A DNA stretch of 64,000 bases from positions 186,001 to 250,000 of the forward strand of contig CAJNYD010000069.1 in assembly GCA_905331295.1 (NCBI GenBank). Direction: 5' to 3'. Each line of letters opens with the position of its first letter. Position 1 is the first letter of the stretch. The DNA comes from Rotaria socialis. Lineage: Eukaryota. The position numbers were made by a program, and so were the translations under genes. The notes under the pieces are model-generated. The model saw only the letters and a list, made by a program, of their open reading frames with translations, was not told the origin of the DNA and did no database searches. Shown piece after piece: positions 1 to 14,536 of this stretch.

Positions 1-156
1 GATAAAATATACCCAGGAATTGCTATTTTCAGTCAAAATCTTGCTATTTTCATTAGGTATGTTTCTTTTAATTCTTTTTTTCATTTGCATATTTTTCTTC
101 ATTTATTTAGTACGTTAATTCTGAAATTTGGCCGCAAAGAAGACCTAAGTTATTAA
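1..156 (+). CDS. 3' end of an unidentified gene entering the window (exons <1..56, 111..156)
   Basis: A 54-nt GT-AG intron (57..110) joins an open frame [33 protein letters not shown]. Too short to identify. Confidence 0.4.
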   Translation, partial: [51 protein letters not shown]

Positions 157-3100
157 TTTCATTTAAACAACGAACAAAATAAAATATTATGTTCGTCCTT
201 TTTAATTAGTTTGTTTGTTGTTCGATGTTTTTTTCTAACATATATACCTATATCTATAAAAAAATATATTATACCTCGATGTTTATTCGTGCAGTTTTTG
301 TTTTATTCAATTTGTTAGTTAGCGTTCTCTTCTGTATATATCTTTATATAGTGTTTCTAATATACTATTGTTTATTATAATTGACTTATTCAGACAAAAA
401 AAAGAAAAGAAAAAAGAGACAAGATAATAAATATAAATCGGCGATAAAACGAACCGATCATGGAATCGAGGAGATAATTGGTTTTGTCTAATAGAAAGAT
501 ACTTTGTTCTTACATGTCACTATACTTCCTTGATGCCATTTGGGAAATCAAAAAACCTGCGTGTACTTGTTCGTGTATGTATTTATAGACTTTCGATTTG
601 TCTAAAATTATAAGTTGAACAAGAACAATACACCCGAGAATGAAGACAACCATATATAAGCATGCGTGTGTCTTTCCATCAACAAACAACTGCACACATC
701 AATAATCTTTTAGTATGCATTGCACAACACTGCACTCACTAATTTGTCACGAGAGGAATCAGAGTTCTACGTATCCTCTTTTTCTTCTTTTGCTTGTGCT
801 TGTGCTTCTTCTTCTTTTCCTTTTTTTCTTCTTTTTTCTTCTTTTGCTACTACTAGTAGGAGGCCTGTGCAGATTCAGATGTTCTTATGAGAAAACTAAA
901 GCCAAAATCGATTATTTGACGTGCCCTTTCCTTTTGCTATCATCAGTCGCTTCGCGCCTGTTCTTTCTTTCTCATTCGTCTTTAGTAAAAAAGGCAAAAT
1001 AAACCTCTCGAATTGCAGCCCACTGTATGTTGCCCGCCTCTCAATTAGCCTGTTAACAAGAATGAACCAGTAGAAGGACACGAGAGAGAGAGCGAGAGCG
1101 AGAGCGAGAGAGAACGATAGCGAGACTCTTTGTTAAAGGGTACACAGTTCAATATAATTAAACAAATAACTAGCCAGCGGCAGCGATGAATGTTCTTTCA
1201 GTAGATAGAGATGTCCTCTTGAGCTTATAGATTGGCTAATATATGTAATAGTAGTATTAAGACAATTATTAACATAGTACGTCGTACAGCATATAAGGTC
1301 ATTTTATGCAACTTGTTTAGCCTGTTTCTCTTTTCCCCTTATTTTTGTTATGTGCATTCATTGACAAAAGAAAGCAGACATTGAAGGAAATATAACAGCA
1401 GCGTAGAATACGACAAAATAATTTTGATCGATTCTCATTGTCGTCGCCACTATAGCACGATCCGGGTTATCGATGCTTTGTTCGATGAACTAACTACTGA
1501 AAGAAGGAATCGGTTGACGAATCAAGGCTATTTGCTCTTTTCTTTTATTTAAAAATAGTTGATAGATGAACGAACCATACTTGTGCATACTTTTAGTTGT
1601 CAACTATTATTGATATGGTAGGAAAATAACCAAACAAAAAGCTGAAGATCCCTATCATTATAATGGTCTTCTTTTCTTACCATATCGAGGTCGCATGCAT
1701 CGATGAATGAACGAACATTCAGTTCTCAGGAGATTTCGTTAAGACAAAATAACATGGTCGTCGAAGAGGAAAAAAAAATTTTATTGTGACAATCGGCAGC
1801 AACTTGGTCACAAAGTCGGTTATCCTGTTATCACTTTTACTATTTTGTGCATAACAACACAAAAATATATGGGACTTCTTTATGCTGTTGTTTTTACAAA
1901 TTATTGATCATAAACATATAAATATTAAAAGAGTACTTGTGCCTGAGGCATTCATTGACTTCATATAGATACGTTCAATTTTTTCTGCTTTCATGAATTT
2001 TTTCATGTCGTTGCGCATTTCTCTCTCTCTCTCTCTTTAACTATCTGGCTCCTTCTCGGCTTTTCATATAGTGCCATCCTTCCGTTTTTTTTTCTCCGGT
2101 GTTCTGACAAGAACAAGGTTAGAACGGATGCCAGTATCAGTCGGCTCTAATTGGACTTAGTATATGCATTTGCTTCTTTTCTTTTTCTTTTTTTTCAACT
2201 AAGTTGTCTTAGTCGAGCTAAATCTCCTTTTTTATAAATAGACATCTCATCAACCATACATAATGAACTTGCATGACTGAGATTTTTCTACTTTAAAATT
2301 TTCTTCTTGATATCATATTTTTTTAAGAATAGCTTAGGAAATAGTTATTTTTTCATTTTGATGCTTCATTATCTACGGAAATATATTTCTAAATATAAAT
2401 ATCAATATATGCGTGCATTCATGCACACACACGTATAAATATATATATATTTAGATAGTTATATATATATACACATAATGATGAATGTCTCTTTGTTTAT
2501 AAAGATATTTGAATGATGTTGAGAACAATTCCTTTTCTTTAGTTTTTCTTCTTGCTTTCTAGGATCGACACATTGATTTTCCATTCTAGTTTCTGTTTTG
2601 CTAGTATAGCTCTCGTCGTCCTTCCGGGCGTGAAAAACAGAGGCAAGAATAAATTCTTTCTCTTCCCTTACTTTTCTTTTTCTGATGGTTTTTTTAACTA
2701 TCCTCTTGCAGTAACCGCGCATGCACGACTCGAATAGATCTTTTCTTCCGCAACTCCTTCTTTCTCCGTCTCCGTCTCCTTCTCTCTCTCTCTCTCCCTC
2801 TCTCTCTCCCGGTTCTATCGGCTCCCTCATCGCTAACACTACCAACATTAGTTTCAACCGCTACACTGTGTAACCGTCACTTATTTGTGAACAAGAAAAG
2901 ACAAGTGTAAAAATATTTGTATGTATCTGTTTATACTATCAACTTCTTTCTTCTTATATTGAAAAAAAAACAGAAAAATATTCATAGATAAGAATAATTA
3001 TGTAAAACAGAAATAATGTCAAGAAAGAATAACAATCTTATCATAGGCCAGTTACCCTTCATGATATTATGCTACACTACACCTGGAAATTATATGTCAT

Positions 3101-4562
3101 TGATTGCCGTCACAGATTTTGTTTTTCATCTTCGTATATAAGGAGCACCGAGAAAAAACTAGAATTTATTATTCACATATACATAAAGTCATATATTTGC
3201 ACACATACAAAATAAATATGTAAACACACGTTTCCTTTCTTGACATACATCTGCATTCATGGTCTACACAATGTAAAAATCATCTCATCAATCTTATTAA
3301 AATTTGAATTTATAATGTAAAGTGACAGAAACCGGCAGACAGCACCAGTAGTGCTATACTATTATTATTATCATTATTATTATTATAATCAGTATTATTT
3401 TTATTAATATTATTATCAACATCATCATAATCGTGGTCAACATTTCACAGAATCATTGGTCGATTATTATTAGTACTCGTGCGTGCACAATAGGATAAAA
3501 TCGCTTAACGTACTTATGAAAAATAAAAAAGAAGATTTTCTCATCTGCGTAGGCAAGCAGGCAATGAATGTCGATGTATATGTCTATGTTTTGTTTATTT
3601 GTTTCGTAGATTAACCCGAGATACTAAAAAAGACAAAATGAGATGCTTGCTCCATGTGATCATCTTTCATATTGCTCGTTTTTTTTTGATAGACAAGAAA
3701 ATGACGGCTGATAATATATAGAATTCGCTGCATTAGAATAGTAATACCCATCACTATAGAATAGAAATGAATGTACCGTACAAAGGCGAAGCCTTACTCT
3801 ATAAGCAAAATAACTCGTCGACTCATTATCATGATTGCTTTCAGAAGGGGTTAGAATAAGATTAGACGACCATATAGATATGTGCAGCATTAAGAATAGC
3901 AAGCAACAGTAATATCGATCTATCAGTGTGTTGTCATAATAAACGAGCAGAAATTGAGAATACGCGCGGAAGGAAAAGAATATGAGAGATCTGTAAATGA
4001 TTTTGCCACAAGGACAAATAATAGTGATGCACACGTAGTTCCAAATCATCTAACTATACATGTCTATATAGTAGAATCATATTGCATAGAAAATCTAACG
4101 ATGATCGTATGTGTTGATAGGAGAAATATGTACGTTCTCTTGATTCTATTAGATAAATCTATATTTTCAATAAAGAAAGCTATTTCTATTTTTTATTATT
4201 ATTATTCGTCAATATATACATATGTAGAAGTAGCAGAAATGAGCATGATTCTTTCTAGAGATATTGTGAAAATTTTTCTCACATACACATCTATTTATAT
4301 ATCTATATAATACTCCAGAGAAAAAATAATAGTCGTTTCTATAACATATTCTCAAATGTAATAGCTTAGGTGTCACCTAGTCTGTTATGAGAAAAGCCAG
4401 CGGTCGTCATCATAATAATTTGTCTATTCTATTTTCTATATTATAGTTTTATTTCAGATGCAAATTGTACAAAAGTGATTTCTCATTAATATTCATCATG
4501 GTCATAATTGCATTTGTAATTTAAAACAACTAAGATTACAACAGATATACATCCGATGTAGG

Positions 4563-7476
4563 ATGGTCGTATGGCTTCGGCCTCAGTGTATTCTGGCAAT
4601 TGTCACCAGTTTGCACTTTTATTCTCAATTAGGTATATGTCATAAATAACAACGATTACTAAAGTAAAGCTTTCAATAGAATACATATCATCAGGGGAAA
4701 TCTCATGTCATTTTTCTCCAAACGTCAGCACATTCTGTTTAGTGGTAATTTACAGTCATGGTACTATGTTGTCTTTAGTGACATCAAAACTATTTAAGAT
4801 GAAGCAGGAAATATTGATGAGATTGAAATCCTATCTTAGCGAACACTTATACGACATTGAACTTTCTTTTTACAAGTATACACTGCATCAATATAGAGCT
4901 TCATCAATTGCAATTTTTTTATTTTCATTCTTATGGCGTGAAGGTCATAGAACAAAACCTTTTGCCTATCAAATAATTTATTTTTTATTATGAGATAATA
5001 TCAGTTTTGCTCCCCAAAGATACGCCTTTTTTTTCTATCCCTATTATTGCACAATTATTCATTAACACTTGAGAATTGTACAAAATAATTATTTTGTTAT
5101 TGTCTTTGTTCTAAGTTTCTTCCAAAACGTATGAACATTTTTGGTGTGCAACCGAAGAAGGTCATCGTCAAGCATCCTGTCCAGATGATACTGCACTATT
5201 AACAGATGTAACAATACGTAAAATTTACCGTCGTACACAATCATGTGAACCTGATTTTCACTCAGATTATCTTATTCATTGTCAAGAACATATTGATGGA
5301 TCGTCATGCGAAGGAAATCGAACATGTTCAATTGAAGTATCTAGTCGAAATTATATCAAATGTGGAGACAAACGTTATCCGCCAACATATTTTCTAGTCA
5401 AGTTTACTTGTACACAAAGTAATTCTCGCAAAAAAGAATAATAAAAGAAATTTTATTTTTGTCGATTATCTTATTAGTTTATACAATGTGTGCGGATACA
5501 GATCCTATCCGAAACACACTCTATGGATTTATTGTTTCGCCAGCCTATCCACATCCCATGGCTGATAATGTAACATGTTCTATTAATATTGGTATGATTA
5601 GTTTCTTTTGTTTCATTAAACACAATATGTATATATATAAATGTATATATTTCTTTCAATGATTTTTCAGAGGCCGGTCCATCAATGTATATTGAATTAG
5701 CACCCATCCAAATTCATTTACAAGAAGCAAGTAAATGCAGATCTGAATATTTAGAAATTTTCGGATATATAAATTCACAAACAAATAATTCCGTCGCTGA
5801 GAAGAGAACATCAAATAAAAATGCAAAAAATATTTGGAAATCATATTATACATGGTGTGGTGCTGAACACTCAACAAACAATCCGTTACCTAGTGCACGT
5901 TATCTTATTGCGTCCAATTCACTATATATAGCATTACATACAGCTGTATCAAAAAAGCCAAGATACTTTAAAATACGATATAAAGGTATTTAGTTAAGGA
6001 TCATTAAAATCGATTATCATTAAAAAAAGAAAAGAGGATTATTTTTTTGGGTGACACCAACGATAATCTAAGCTTTTATTTCAGTAATAAAAATTTCTTT
6101 CTTTAAGTCTTCTTTTGTTTTTGTAATTGTTTAGTTGTTCCATCAATAGTACGTTCGGAATATGATTCAGATGGCATTGCATATGATTCAATATCCGAAT
6201 CACAAACACATTCTTCTATGACATCAACTACTATTCAATCAACTACAATAGCTATGCCAACAGTTCAAAATAAATATAATGAAAATATTAATGGAACAGT
6301 ACCAAAACGAACATTTAAAAAAGGTAAAGAATAAAACATATCTTTGTTTTGTTAATGAAAACTTTATGATTTTTTTGTTGTAAAGAAATTCTCATCGGTA
6401 TTATTGCTGGTGTAGTCGTTCTTGTACTTGCTATACTTGCTGGCATAGGTATATTCCTTTTCATGAAAAAGTAATTTATTGATTAAATTGAAAACAAGAA
6501 ATATTTCATTATCATATATTTCTATTTGTTTAGACGTCGCCTCTCAAAAGGAGCAGCAACAGTATCGAAATCTACTACATCGCCACCAGCAAACGCTGCA
6601 GGAAAAAAGAATTCAGCCGGTCCAGCAAGTTCAAATAATACAGGGTTGAAATCAAATGCAAAACCCATCGATAAGGCTCCACTTCTTGAACAACCAGTCA
6701 ATACACAAACAGCAGCAGCAAAACGTAAATTAGTACCAGAAAGAACAGTACACATAGCTGATGTGAATAGTTCTCGTTTTAAATCTACTGCTGGAGCAAC
6801 AACAACAGCAACTCACACAGGAGCAACTGGTAAAGATACAAATGCAACAAGTGCAAATACTGTTGCGCCGTCATCAGCACCATCAGCACTTAAACCGCCA
6901 TTAACAGTCGCTGATAGTGGTATTTATGGTGCTGATTTAAGTGATGATGTGCCACCAGTAACTAAACCAACTTCGCCGACTGAACCACCAAAAATCTATG
7001 GTTCTGATTTGCCTGATAAATCAGATTTAACTCCTCCTGTAACTGTTGTTGTTAATCCATTAAGCGAACATTGTACCAATACTACTACTGCGGCTACTGC
7101 TACTACTATTATGACTAATACGACATCATCTGATGATATTGTCCCAGATGATATATCAACGGAAACATTAGAAGAAGAAAAAGAAGTTTTATTAAATTCA
7201 TTTGTAAATGAAAAACATTTAGACGAAACTGTTAAAAGTGCCTATTCACATTTAATTGACGCAACGATAAGTGAAAGCGAAGGAGGCATTGATGGGGGAT
7301 CAATAACCAGTAGTGCATCACAATCACGTCGAACATCGAATGCTAGACAACCATTACTTTCACACGAAAGAAATAATATTCAAACAATACCACGTAAAGC
7401 AGCAACACAATTTAATCCATTACATATGATATTAAAAAAAGATGCTAACAAATATTATACAACAGAATATATTTAA
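4563..7476 (+). CDS. Type I membrane protein: signal peptide, SUEL/Gal-lectin-like domain, CUB domain, Thr-rich stalk, TM helix, long low-complexity cytoplasmic tail
   Basis: Exons 4563-4632, 5116-5418, 5478-5591, 5671-5985, 6135-6323, 6386-6470, 6534-7476 with in-phase splice sites. SUEL-like CEGNRTCSIEV...YFLVKFTC; CUB-like GFIVSPAYP..NVTCSINI..C..EYLEI..WCG..FKIRY; TM ILIGIIAGVVVLVLAILAGIGIFLF. Confidence 0.8.
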
Positions 7477-7641
7477 TTAAAACAAAACGATTTGCTTTTT
7501 TCCTTTATTTATGTTTAACTGATATATTCAAACGTGTTTTTTTTGCAGAACATTAACAGAAATCAAATTTTATGTCAATATAGATGTTATTAGTAGGACT
7601 GTTTGTTTTGTCTATGACAAACTTTTTGTTTCGAAAAATAA

Positions 7642-9860
7642 TTATGTTTCATCTTGTACATGTTTCTTGAAGCTTTCGAGATTATCAATAGATACAAACC
7701 AAATCTGGTCAAATGCGTATCGTATAGCTTGCTCAGAATCCATTAACTGTGCATTTAATATTTTTGAAAATATACCGGCAACCATTTTCATATCATTTGC
7801 AAATGCACCAGTTCCAATAGGTCCTAATAATAAATATGTATCTTGACCGTTTCCATGTGTATTAGCAACAGCTGATGCTATGATAGCTTGAAATTTTTGA
7901 TATGTATGATCATATAATTCTTGATATTTTTCACGTGATGGCGGTTTATATAAACCTTCACCCATACCGGATAAATCATAACCTATAAAATATTTAAAAA
8001 ACGTAAACTCCTTGAAAAAATCGATGAGGCCTATATTTTATTTGGAAAAAATGTTATGAATTTTGGTTACAGCGTTCAGATATTCTACGACAATAAAACG
8101 AAACTATATTAAACTATTCTATCGCTTATCCAGGGTTTTGAAAATACGTTGTTTTTTAATAATATAAGAGTCAGCAAGTTGCTTCTCACATTTTAACATA
8201 TCTGGCTCTGTTATGAATGATAGAAATAGAACTATTTCGATAAAATACTTTTGATAAGTGCTATATTATTTTTGAAAATTTTTATCGATCTTTAACGTTC
8301 TCAAGAGACACTTCAGTAGAGTTCTTAACAATCTACATACCTGAGAACTCACCAACTCACGTCATCAATCTGTAAAGGGCACATTCATTTGTTTTCGATT
8401 AAACTGACTTTTACGTTATCTTTCATGTTAGAAACATAAATTCTACTTAGCTGTTGGAGTAAGATACATGTGAAACAAAACACTTCAATATCAGATACAA
8501 AGGTAACATTAACAGAATTGTTTTCGTCATGACTTCATATTGAATCATAAATAGATGTTTACAGCAGCACAGCAATGAGAATAACCGACTGAAATTAATC
8601 ACTTTTGCAATTAAATCATTTCTTTAGAATTCACATAAGACTAATAATGTTTAAAAATTGATTGCAAAGAAGAAAATATTTTCACTCTTATATTGTACTT
8701 AAAATGGAAAGTCTGTTGAAACGGAAAGGTTTCATCTCCCGCGGCTATAATACCATACTCAACATAAATGAAAATGCAAAATGTTTCAAGTGGGCATATT
8801 ATTAGTGAAAATAATACGTTGATTTCCATAATGAAGAAGTACACTTCTCATATCCCCTTGGAAATAAATCATCGGTATGATTTTTATACGGAAAAAGCAA
8901 TGAATATAATACAAACTAAAACAGTAGAGATTCATGCTATTTTACTAATCGGAAATACTTACAAGCAGCGACTATCAAATCCGTTTCACGTTCATTTGGA
9001 TTTGATTTTTGAAAGAAAACTACTTTTTTTATATAAGCTACACCATATTCAGGTAATATATAGCCTCCATCCATTAGTTTATATTTTAAATCTAATAATC
9101 CACGATAACCATCAGAATTGTAAAGTATAACCTAAAATAGAAAGTTTAAAAAAAAAAGAAAAATATTTTTATCAACATTTCCACAAACTTCTTCTTGTGT
9201 GCGAGCATTCTCGAGAAAATAGCCGCCTGGCATACGTTCATCGGCAAAATCAAGAACAATAACTTGTTTACCTGGTGGAACTTGAAAAACAGCTTGTTCA
9301 ATACCAGATTGAATAAACTGTATTTTTCCAGGATTTTTACGTGTTTTAACAGGTGATTGTTGTAGAGCATCGTGAGAATCCTGATCTGCTATTGGGTTAA
9401 AATAATCATCTTCATTTAAACGTTTTATTTCATCATAATTCCAATATATTTTAAGTTCATTGTCATTGAAACCCTTTTCACGATATTTCGATATATATTC
9501 TAGTGATTTCAGTGGACCTGGTCTTTTTAATGATTTTAATTCCCAATAGTCGTCGGATCCCGCAGAATGATGTTGTTCTCGATAAGGTTCATTTATCTTT
9601 TTAAGAGTCATGTAATCATTAGTAATACGTTTAAGATCGACGCGTCGAGAACATTTGTTTATTAGATCGATTACTGCTTGATTATTTGGTTTGTCATAAA
9701 TTAATTTTAAAAAATAGAGCATTGTTCGACGACTATGATGATAATCATATTTTCTTTCAGTTTCATACTGATCTGACGATGGAAAGGCGACACTAAGCAT
9801 TGAATATATGTCGACTTTACGCAAAGCATGCAGAGGCAAATAAGCATTCGAATTTGTCAT
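7642..9860 (-). CDS. Microbial-type poly(ADP-ribose) glycohydrolase (DUF2263/TIGR02452-like macrodomain), about 393 aa
   Basis: Exons 9860-9189, 9131-8963, 7982-7642 splice in frame. Motifs VLDFADERMPGGYFLENARTQEE (cf. GGG-X6-8-QEE), DLIVAACYDL and LLLGPIGTGAFAND (cf. LGAWGCGAF). Start codon uncertain. Confidence 0.8.
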
Positions 9861-10503
9861 ATTATAATGAGTCAATCTTTGAGAAAACGATAGAAATATT
9901 AATGATCTTGTTAGAAAAGTTGCATGAGAATGACAAGATGATAATAAGAAGAATGTCATTTATTGTTGAATGATAAACTCATATCGTGAACTGTATATGA
10001 TAGTGTACAGTTTACTTTAAGTTGAAATTAAAAATACAATAGAAAGAAACGAAGTATACAGTCAATGTTGACTACGGTTGCTATAGATATAATAGAAAAG
10101 GAGATATAAAATGGTGGAGCTACTACAGACGTATACAGATTTATGAATATAAACAACACAATAGAAGGCGGTTAGATTTTCAATCGCTTGGACAAGTTTT
10201 CATTAGGTTGAATGATATAAGCCGAACGGTTACGGAAAAATACACTATTCAAATCTCCTATTTGTAATTTGTTTTTAATGACTCTAATTATATTTTTCTA
10301 TGTATTACAGTTCTTTTTTTTCTCGTCTCTATTCTATGTTTTCTTATTGGTACTTAATAGTACTACCAATATTACGCTTGATTAGTAATAATACAAATTG
10401 TATTTTAATTGCTAAGGTTCCAATTGAATATAGAAATCATTCAATATTTTGCAAAGAAAAATTTCCTTCAGCGAATATTGAATATTGTTTTTGATGTATA
10501 CCA

Positions 10504-10803
10504 GAGTCTGCTATCCTAATTCTGCCGAGAAAAAAGTGACTCTCAGTATTTCATTCGCAGGAGGAGATCTGTGAATCATAGAAAATTAATTTTTGCTTTG
10601 CAAGAGAGAGCAAACATTTCTCTATCACCTGATATAAAATTAGTTGAATAATATATTATTCAACTAATTTTTATACCAGTTGATAGAGAAATGCTTGCTC
10701 TTTCTCGAAAAGCAAAAGTTAATTTTCTATGATTCACAGATCTCCTCCTGTGAATGAAATGCTGAGAGTCATTTTTTCCCGGCAGAATTAGGATACCAGA
10801 CTC
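10504..10803. repeat. 300-bp near-perfect palindrome (foldback/MITE-like element)
   Basis: The left arm gagtctgctatcctaattctgccg... is the reverse complement of the right arm ...cggcagaattaggataccagactc. Symmetry centre at 10653/10654 (gaataata|tattattc), with scattered mismatches. Confidence 0.9.
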
Positions 10804-11058
10804 CATATATAAATCGGAATTCAGTTTCGATGCTATTGGTGCATTTTTATCTACTCATATCAGTACCAATTTTCATTAATATTTGTTGTATGTAGATAGA
10901 TGGATTTGCTCTAGCTTTCTGCTAGGCTGTGCCTATCATGGAGATACGCACTGCACGACATCTGCAGCGTACCTAGATAAAATATAGGTAAATTTTTTTG
11001 ATTGCGATAAGCAATGTTCTATTTATAATTATACAAAATAAAAATAAAAATACTCAGT

Positions 11059-11338
11059 CCCAAATCGAACATTCCGGTCACCGGATCCCGTAGGATACTC
11101 CAGGAAATATGCGGGAAACTCGCCATATCCTGCAGGGAAATCGCTGGAACATGGAAGCAGTATTCCGGTCAAAAATACGGGCGAACTTTTCCGGTGGATT
11201 TTTACCAAGTTCCGGTGCTTTCCGGCAGGAATTGATTGGAAATCACCGGAAAAAATTTTCCAACCGGAATATTGCTTCCACAAAACCAACGGAACTACCG
11301 GGAACCGGCCGTTTCCAGACCGGACTGTTCCACCTGGG
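11059..11338. mobile_element. GC-rich non-autonomous DNA transposon (MITE), copy 1
   Basis: TIRs cccaaatcgaacattccgg / ccggactgttccacctggg. Homologous along its length to 18840..19126 in the opposite orientation. Confidence 0.85.
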
Positions 11339-12950
11339 TAATTTGGTTCAAATGACACCCTAACTATTGTAAATTCGTGCACGAACGACTGATATTTCAA
11401 TGCCATCTATTATTATAGCTAGTACGGGAATATCAAGAGAAAGATTATTGAGATTCTTTTAACGGTTATATTGAATAGAGAGAAAAGCAGAATATCAAAT
11501 ACAATGCTTAACAATTTGTGGTAAAAAAAACATGTTTACGCGTGAAATTTATCTGTTTAAAGCAAAAACTAAAAAAAATAACTATCTTATTGTTTTCCGA
11601 ATAGTATGAAATTTGAGTTGTGATAAATATACGAGGATGAGAATATTAATAATTATTGAATTATCAAGAATTTAGCATGAGCATGACATTTGCAGAAGCA
11701 TGTTTGTCGAGAAAGGCTTCAAATACTGAGAAATTAATCTCTATTTTCAAAAATAAAAATAATCCAATAAAATTTGCGATCCTTTATTCCATTGAATAAT
11801 ATCGAATGTGCCCCACGGTATCTATCATGATAAGAGTATACTATACACTAGAAATCATGTGAACACGCAATATTTGGCAGTTCTATTTCTTAAAAATCGT
11901 ATAGTTTTAGACAATATATACATTTAAGTAACGAGAGCTCATTAAAGCTATAAAATAATGAAGAACGAGATGTTTTTTTCTTTAATATCACCCATAACTC
12001 TCGTTTACTGAGTCGCTTAAACCTGAAATCATAGTACTTGTCGGCATGAAAATATCCTAAATTAAACTTACTTGAAATTTTTATAAATATAATTGGTATG
12101 CGTGCTGCTATTAAAAGATTGAGTCCTGATAATAATTACTCTACATAATTAAGCATTTTCCGTAGATGGAAAAGAAAAAAGAACTGCCAAGTGAAGAGAA
12201 ATATTCTTCAATAATGCGAATGGATATCAAAATTTAAAGCAGCTTAACTTATATTTCATAAATTCAATGAAATAACTTGCCAATCATTTAAAATTGTAAA
12301 TGGCTAATCAAAGAAATTTGTTTTGTACTCCTGTATAATATTTTTTTAAAGGTTATGACAAGTAGTTATATAACGATGAAGGGTTATGAACTATTTTAAT
12401 CACAATCAATCGAGATTCATTTCATACTATTTTAGAATCTTTTCAAAGATTTTTCGCATTCCCAGCAAAGGACTCCTGGAGCTGGCAGTACAACATTGCC
12501 ATGAAGAACACAATATATGTTCTATCAAAACTGCTCAACACTATTTATCTTCTCTACTTTCTTCGTATAGCTGATAGATTCAAACGTTTGTCTGTCTCTA
12601 TAAATAACCTCCGAGTCCTATTCTGTTTATATTTATTTTGACCTAAAATTTCTTGTTTTAATCGAAATCATATATTCACACGATCAAAGTGGCACTACTC
12701 TGTTTCTAAAAATTGAATATAAATGTAAGCTCCTTAGTAGTAACTTTGAATACACTATGTAATCTGATTTTCAAAGTAAAGTAAACTTGACTATATGATC
12801 CAAAAAAAAAGTAATTTCAAATTAGCTTTAGACTATTCGATGGCTGGCTGAATACCGCTATTTGCTTTTTTTTAAAGCAGCTTTGATTCTGATTAGTTTG
12901 GTAATCTTTATTTTTATAAAAAAAAAACGAGACCCATGAAATTTCAGTCA

Positions 12951-14203
12951 TTATCTTCGACACTGTATACTAGCTAAGTTTTGTTGGTTCATGGTAACGG
13001 CAATAGTCCCAATGGTACCATTGTTTGTTTTCAAAGGCGTTGGAGTCCATCGTGGAGCAAAATAAATTTTAAATAATCGATTTTCTACGAATAAACGTTT
13101 CAAGTCTTTTCGAAATACACGAGTTGTCAAAATATAAATATAGAATGTGGCACTGAAATTAATATTATTCAATGCAACAGTAATATTCGAGTAGAACCTA
13201 TCGAGAGCTAATTGAACATTCGATTTTATCCATGAAATTGTTACAGTTGAACAGAGTAAATACATTGGAAAAGGTAAACATGTGATAAGATAAACAGCTA
13301 ATTGAACAAGTATCATGATAAGTATTTCATATTCTCTAGATTTAACATTAACTTTGACTTGTTGCTGACTAATAAGTATCGGATTTCTGTTCAATCGAGG
13401 ATTAACACGTTGACGACTCAGTTTAACATGTCGAATAGTTAAAAAACCAAAAATGATCATTATAATAGGTATAAAAAAGACGGATAAAACTGTATTATAA
13501 ATATTGTAGAATATTGAATAATCACGTAATATCACCATACATCGACCTATGAAGTTCAAAAAAAGCAAAGAAGAATTTATTGTACCGTTTATAAATATAG
13601 AATTAAGAGAAATTAGCACTACTACAGAAAACTCATAGAATCAACAAAGTATAGTAAAATATTATCTATTGAATGTAACCAAATAATATTTTACTTACCA
13701 TTAACAATGAAATGATGCCATGGAATATGAAGAGAAATAATAAACCAGACAATGGCTACCGAAGGTATTATTATTTTCGCGACGTTTACTTTACTATAAC
13801 TTCGAAGTTTAACACTTGTAGAGGTCATTGCCCATCGATCTATACATGCCAATACAATGTAAATTCTTGATAATAACGTGGTAACATGAGAGACATATTG
13901 TCGAAATCTACAGAAATATAAGGAGGTTGTTGTTGGATCAATACCAAAGCCAAATGACAACATGTGAAAAAGAATATCAATATTGACAATGAATAAATTA
14001 GTAATCGATGAAGCAAGAATATAACATGAACATGAACTTTGAAGATACACGCGCTGTGTTAGAATTAAAATATTTAGAATACAACCAATATTTCCAAGAC
14101 TAAAGATAAATGGATATAAATAGCGGCCCATATTTATTTCAATGAGATTCAATCTATCGATGAGGAGTTCTGTTGCTGTATGTTCTACAGATACGTTTGG
14201 CAT
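12951..14203 (-). CDS. Rhodopsin-family (class A) GPCR, about 366 aa
   Basis: Exons 14203-13699 and 13546-12951 join in frame (..IVNG|RCMV..). Seven hydrophobic segments, GNIG.LN in TM1, LACIDRW at the end of TM3, FYIYILT..FRKDL at TM7/helix 8. Confidence 0.9.
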
Positions 14204-14536
14204 GGCAGTTTAAATTTCTATTGAACACAATAACATGAATCAAATCTAAATGAAAGTTCTTATGTAGAATTTCTAATAATGTTATTGACTATTTTTTCCT
14301 TCTCGATCCTCTTTCTCAATGAGAATTCAATAGACAATAGAGTGTAACTAAGTATTTAGTTATCTTTCAAAAGAAATGGAGGTATTAAATAATTAAATAT
14401 AGAGAGAATTGAATTTCATACGAGAAATTACAATTCTTAAGAAATATTTTCATGATCATTGACGCAGTTCTTACACTCAAAGAACAGAGTTCTGTGAGTG
14501 ATTGAGAAAATAAGTGCTTTTGCCCTTATTTGTTAA

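Noticed and set aside
510..4310. Short ORFs such as 715..1002, 2459..2857 and 3660..4049
   Set aside because: They arise from (GA)n, (CTT)n and T-rich tracts, with no motifs and no coherent exon chain.
8641..9130. ORFs 8641..8844 and 8768..9130
   Set aside because: They lie in or antisense to the PARG intron and exon; PARG splices in frame without them.
11029..11406. ORFs over the GC-rich MITE (also 18820..19181)
   Set aside because: Open in several frames only because the repeat is GC-rich; no transposase motifs.
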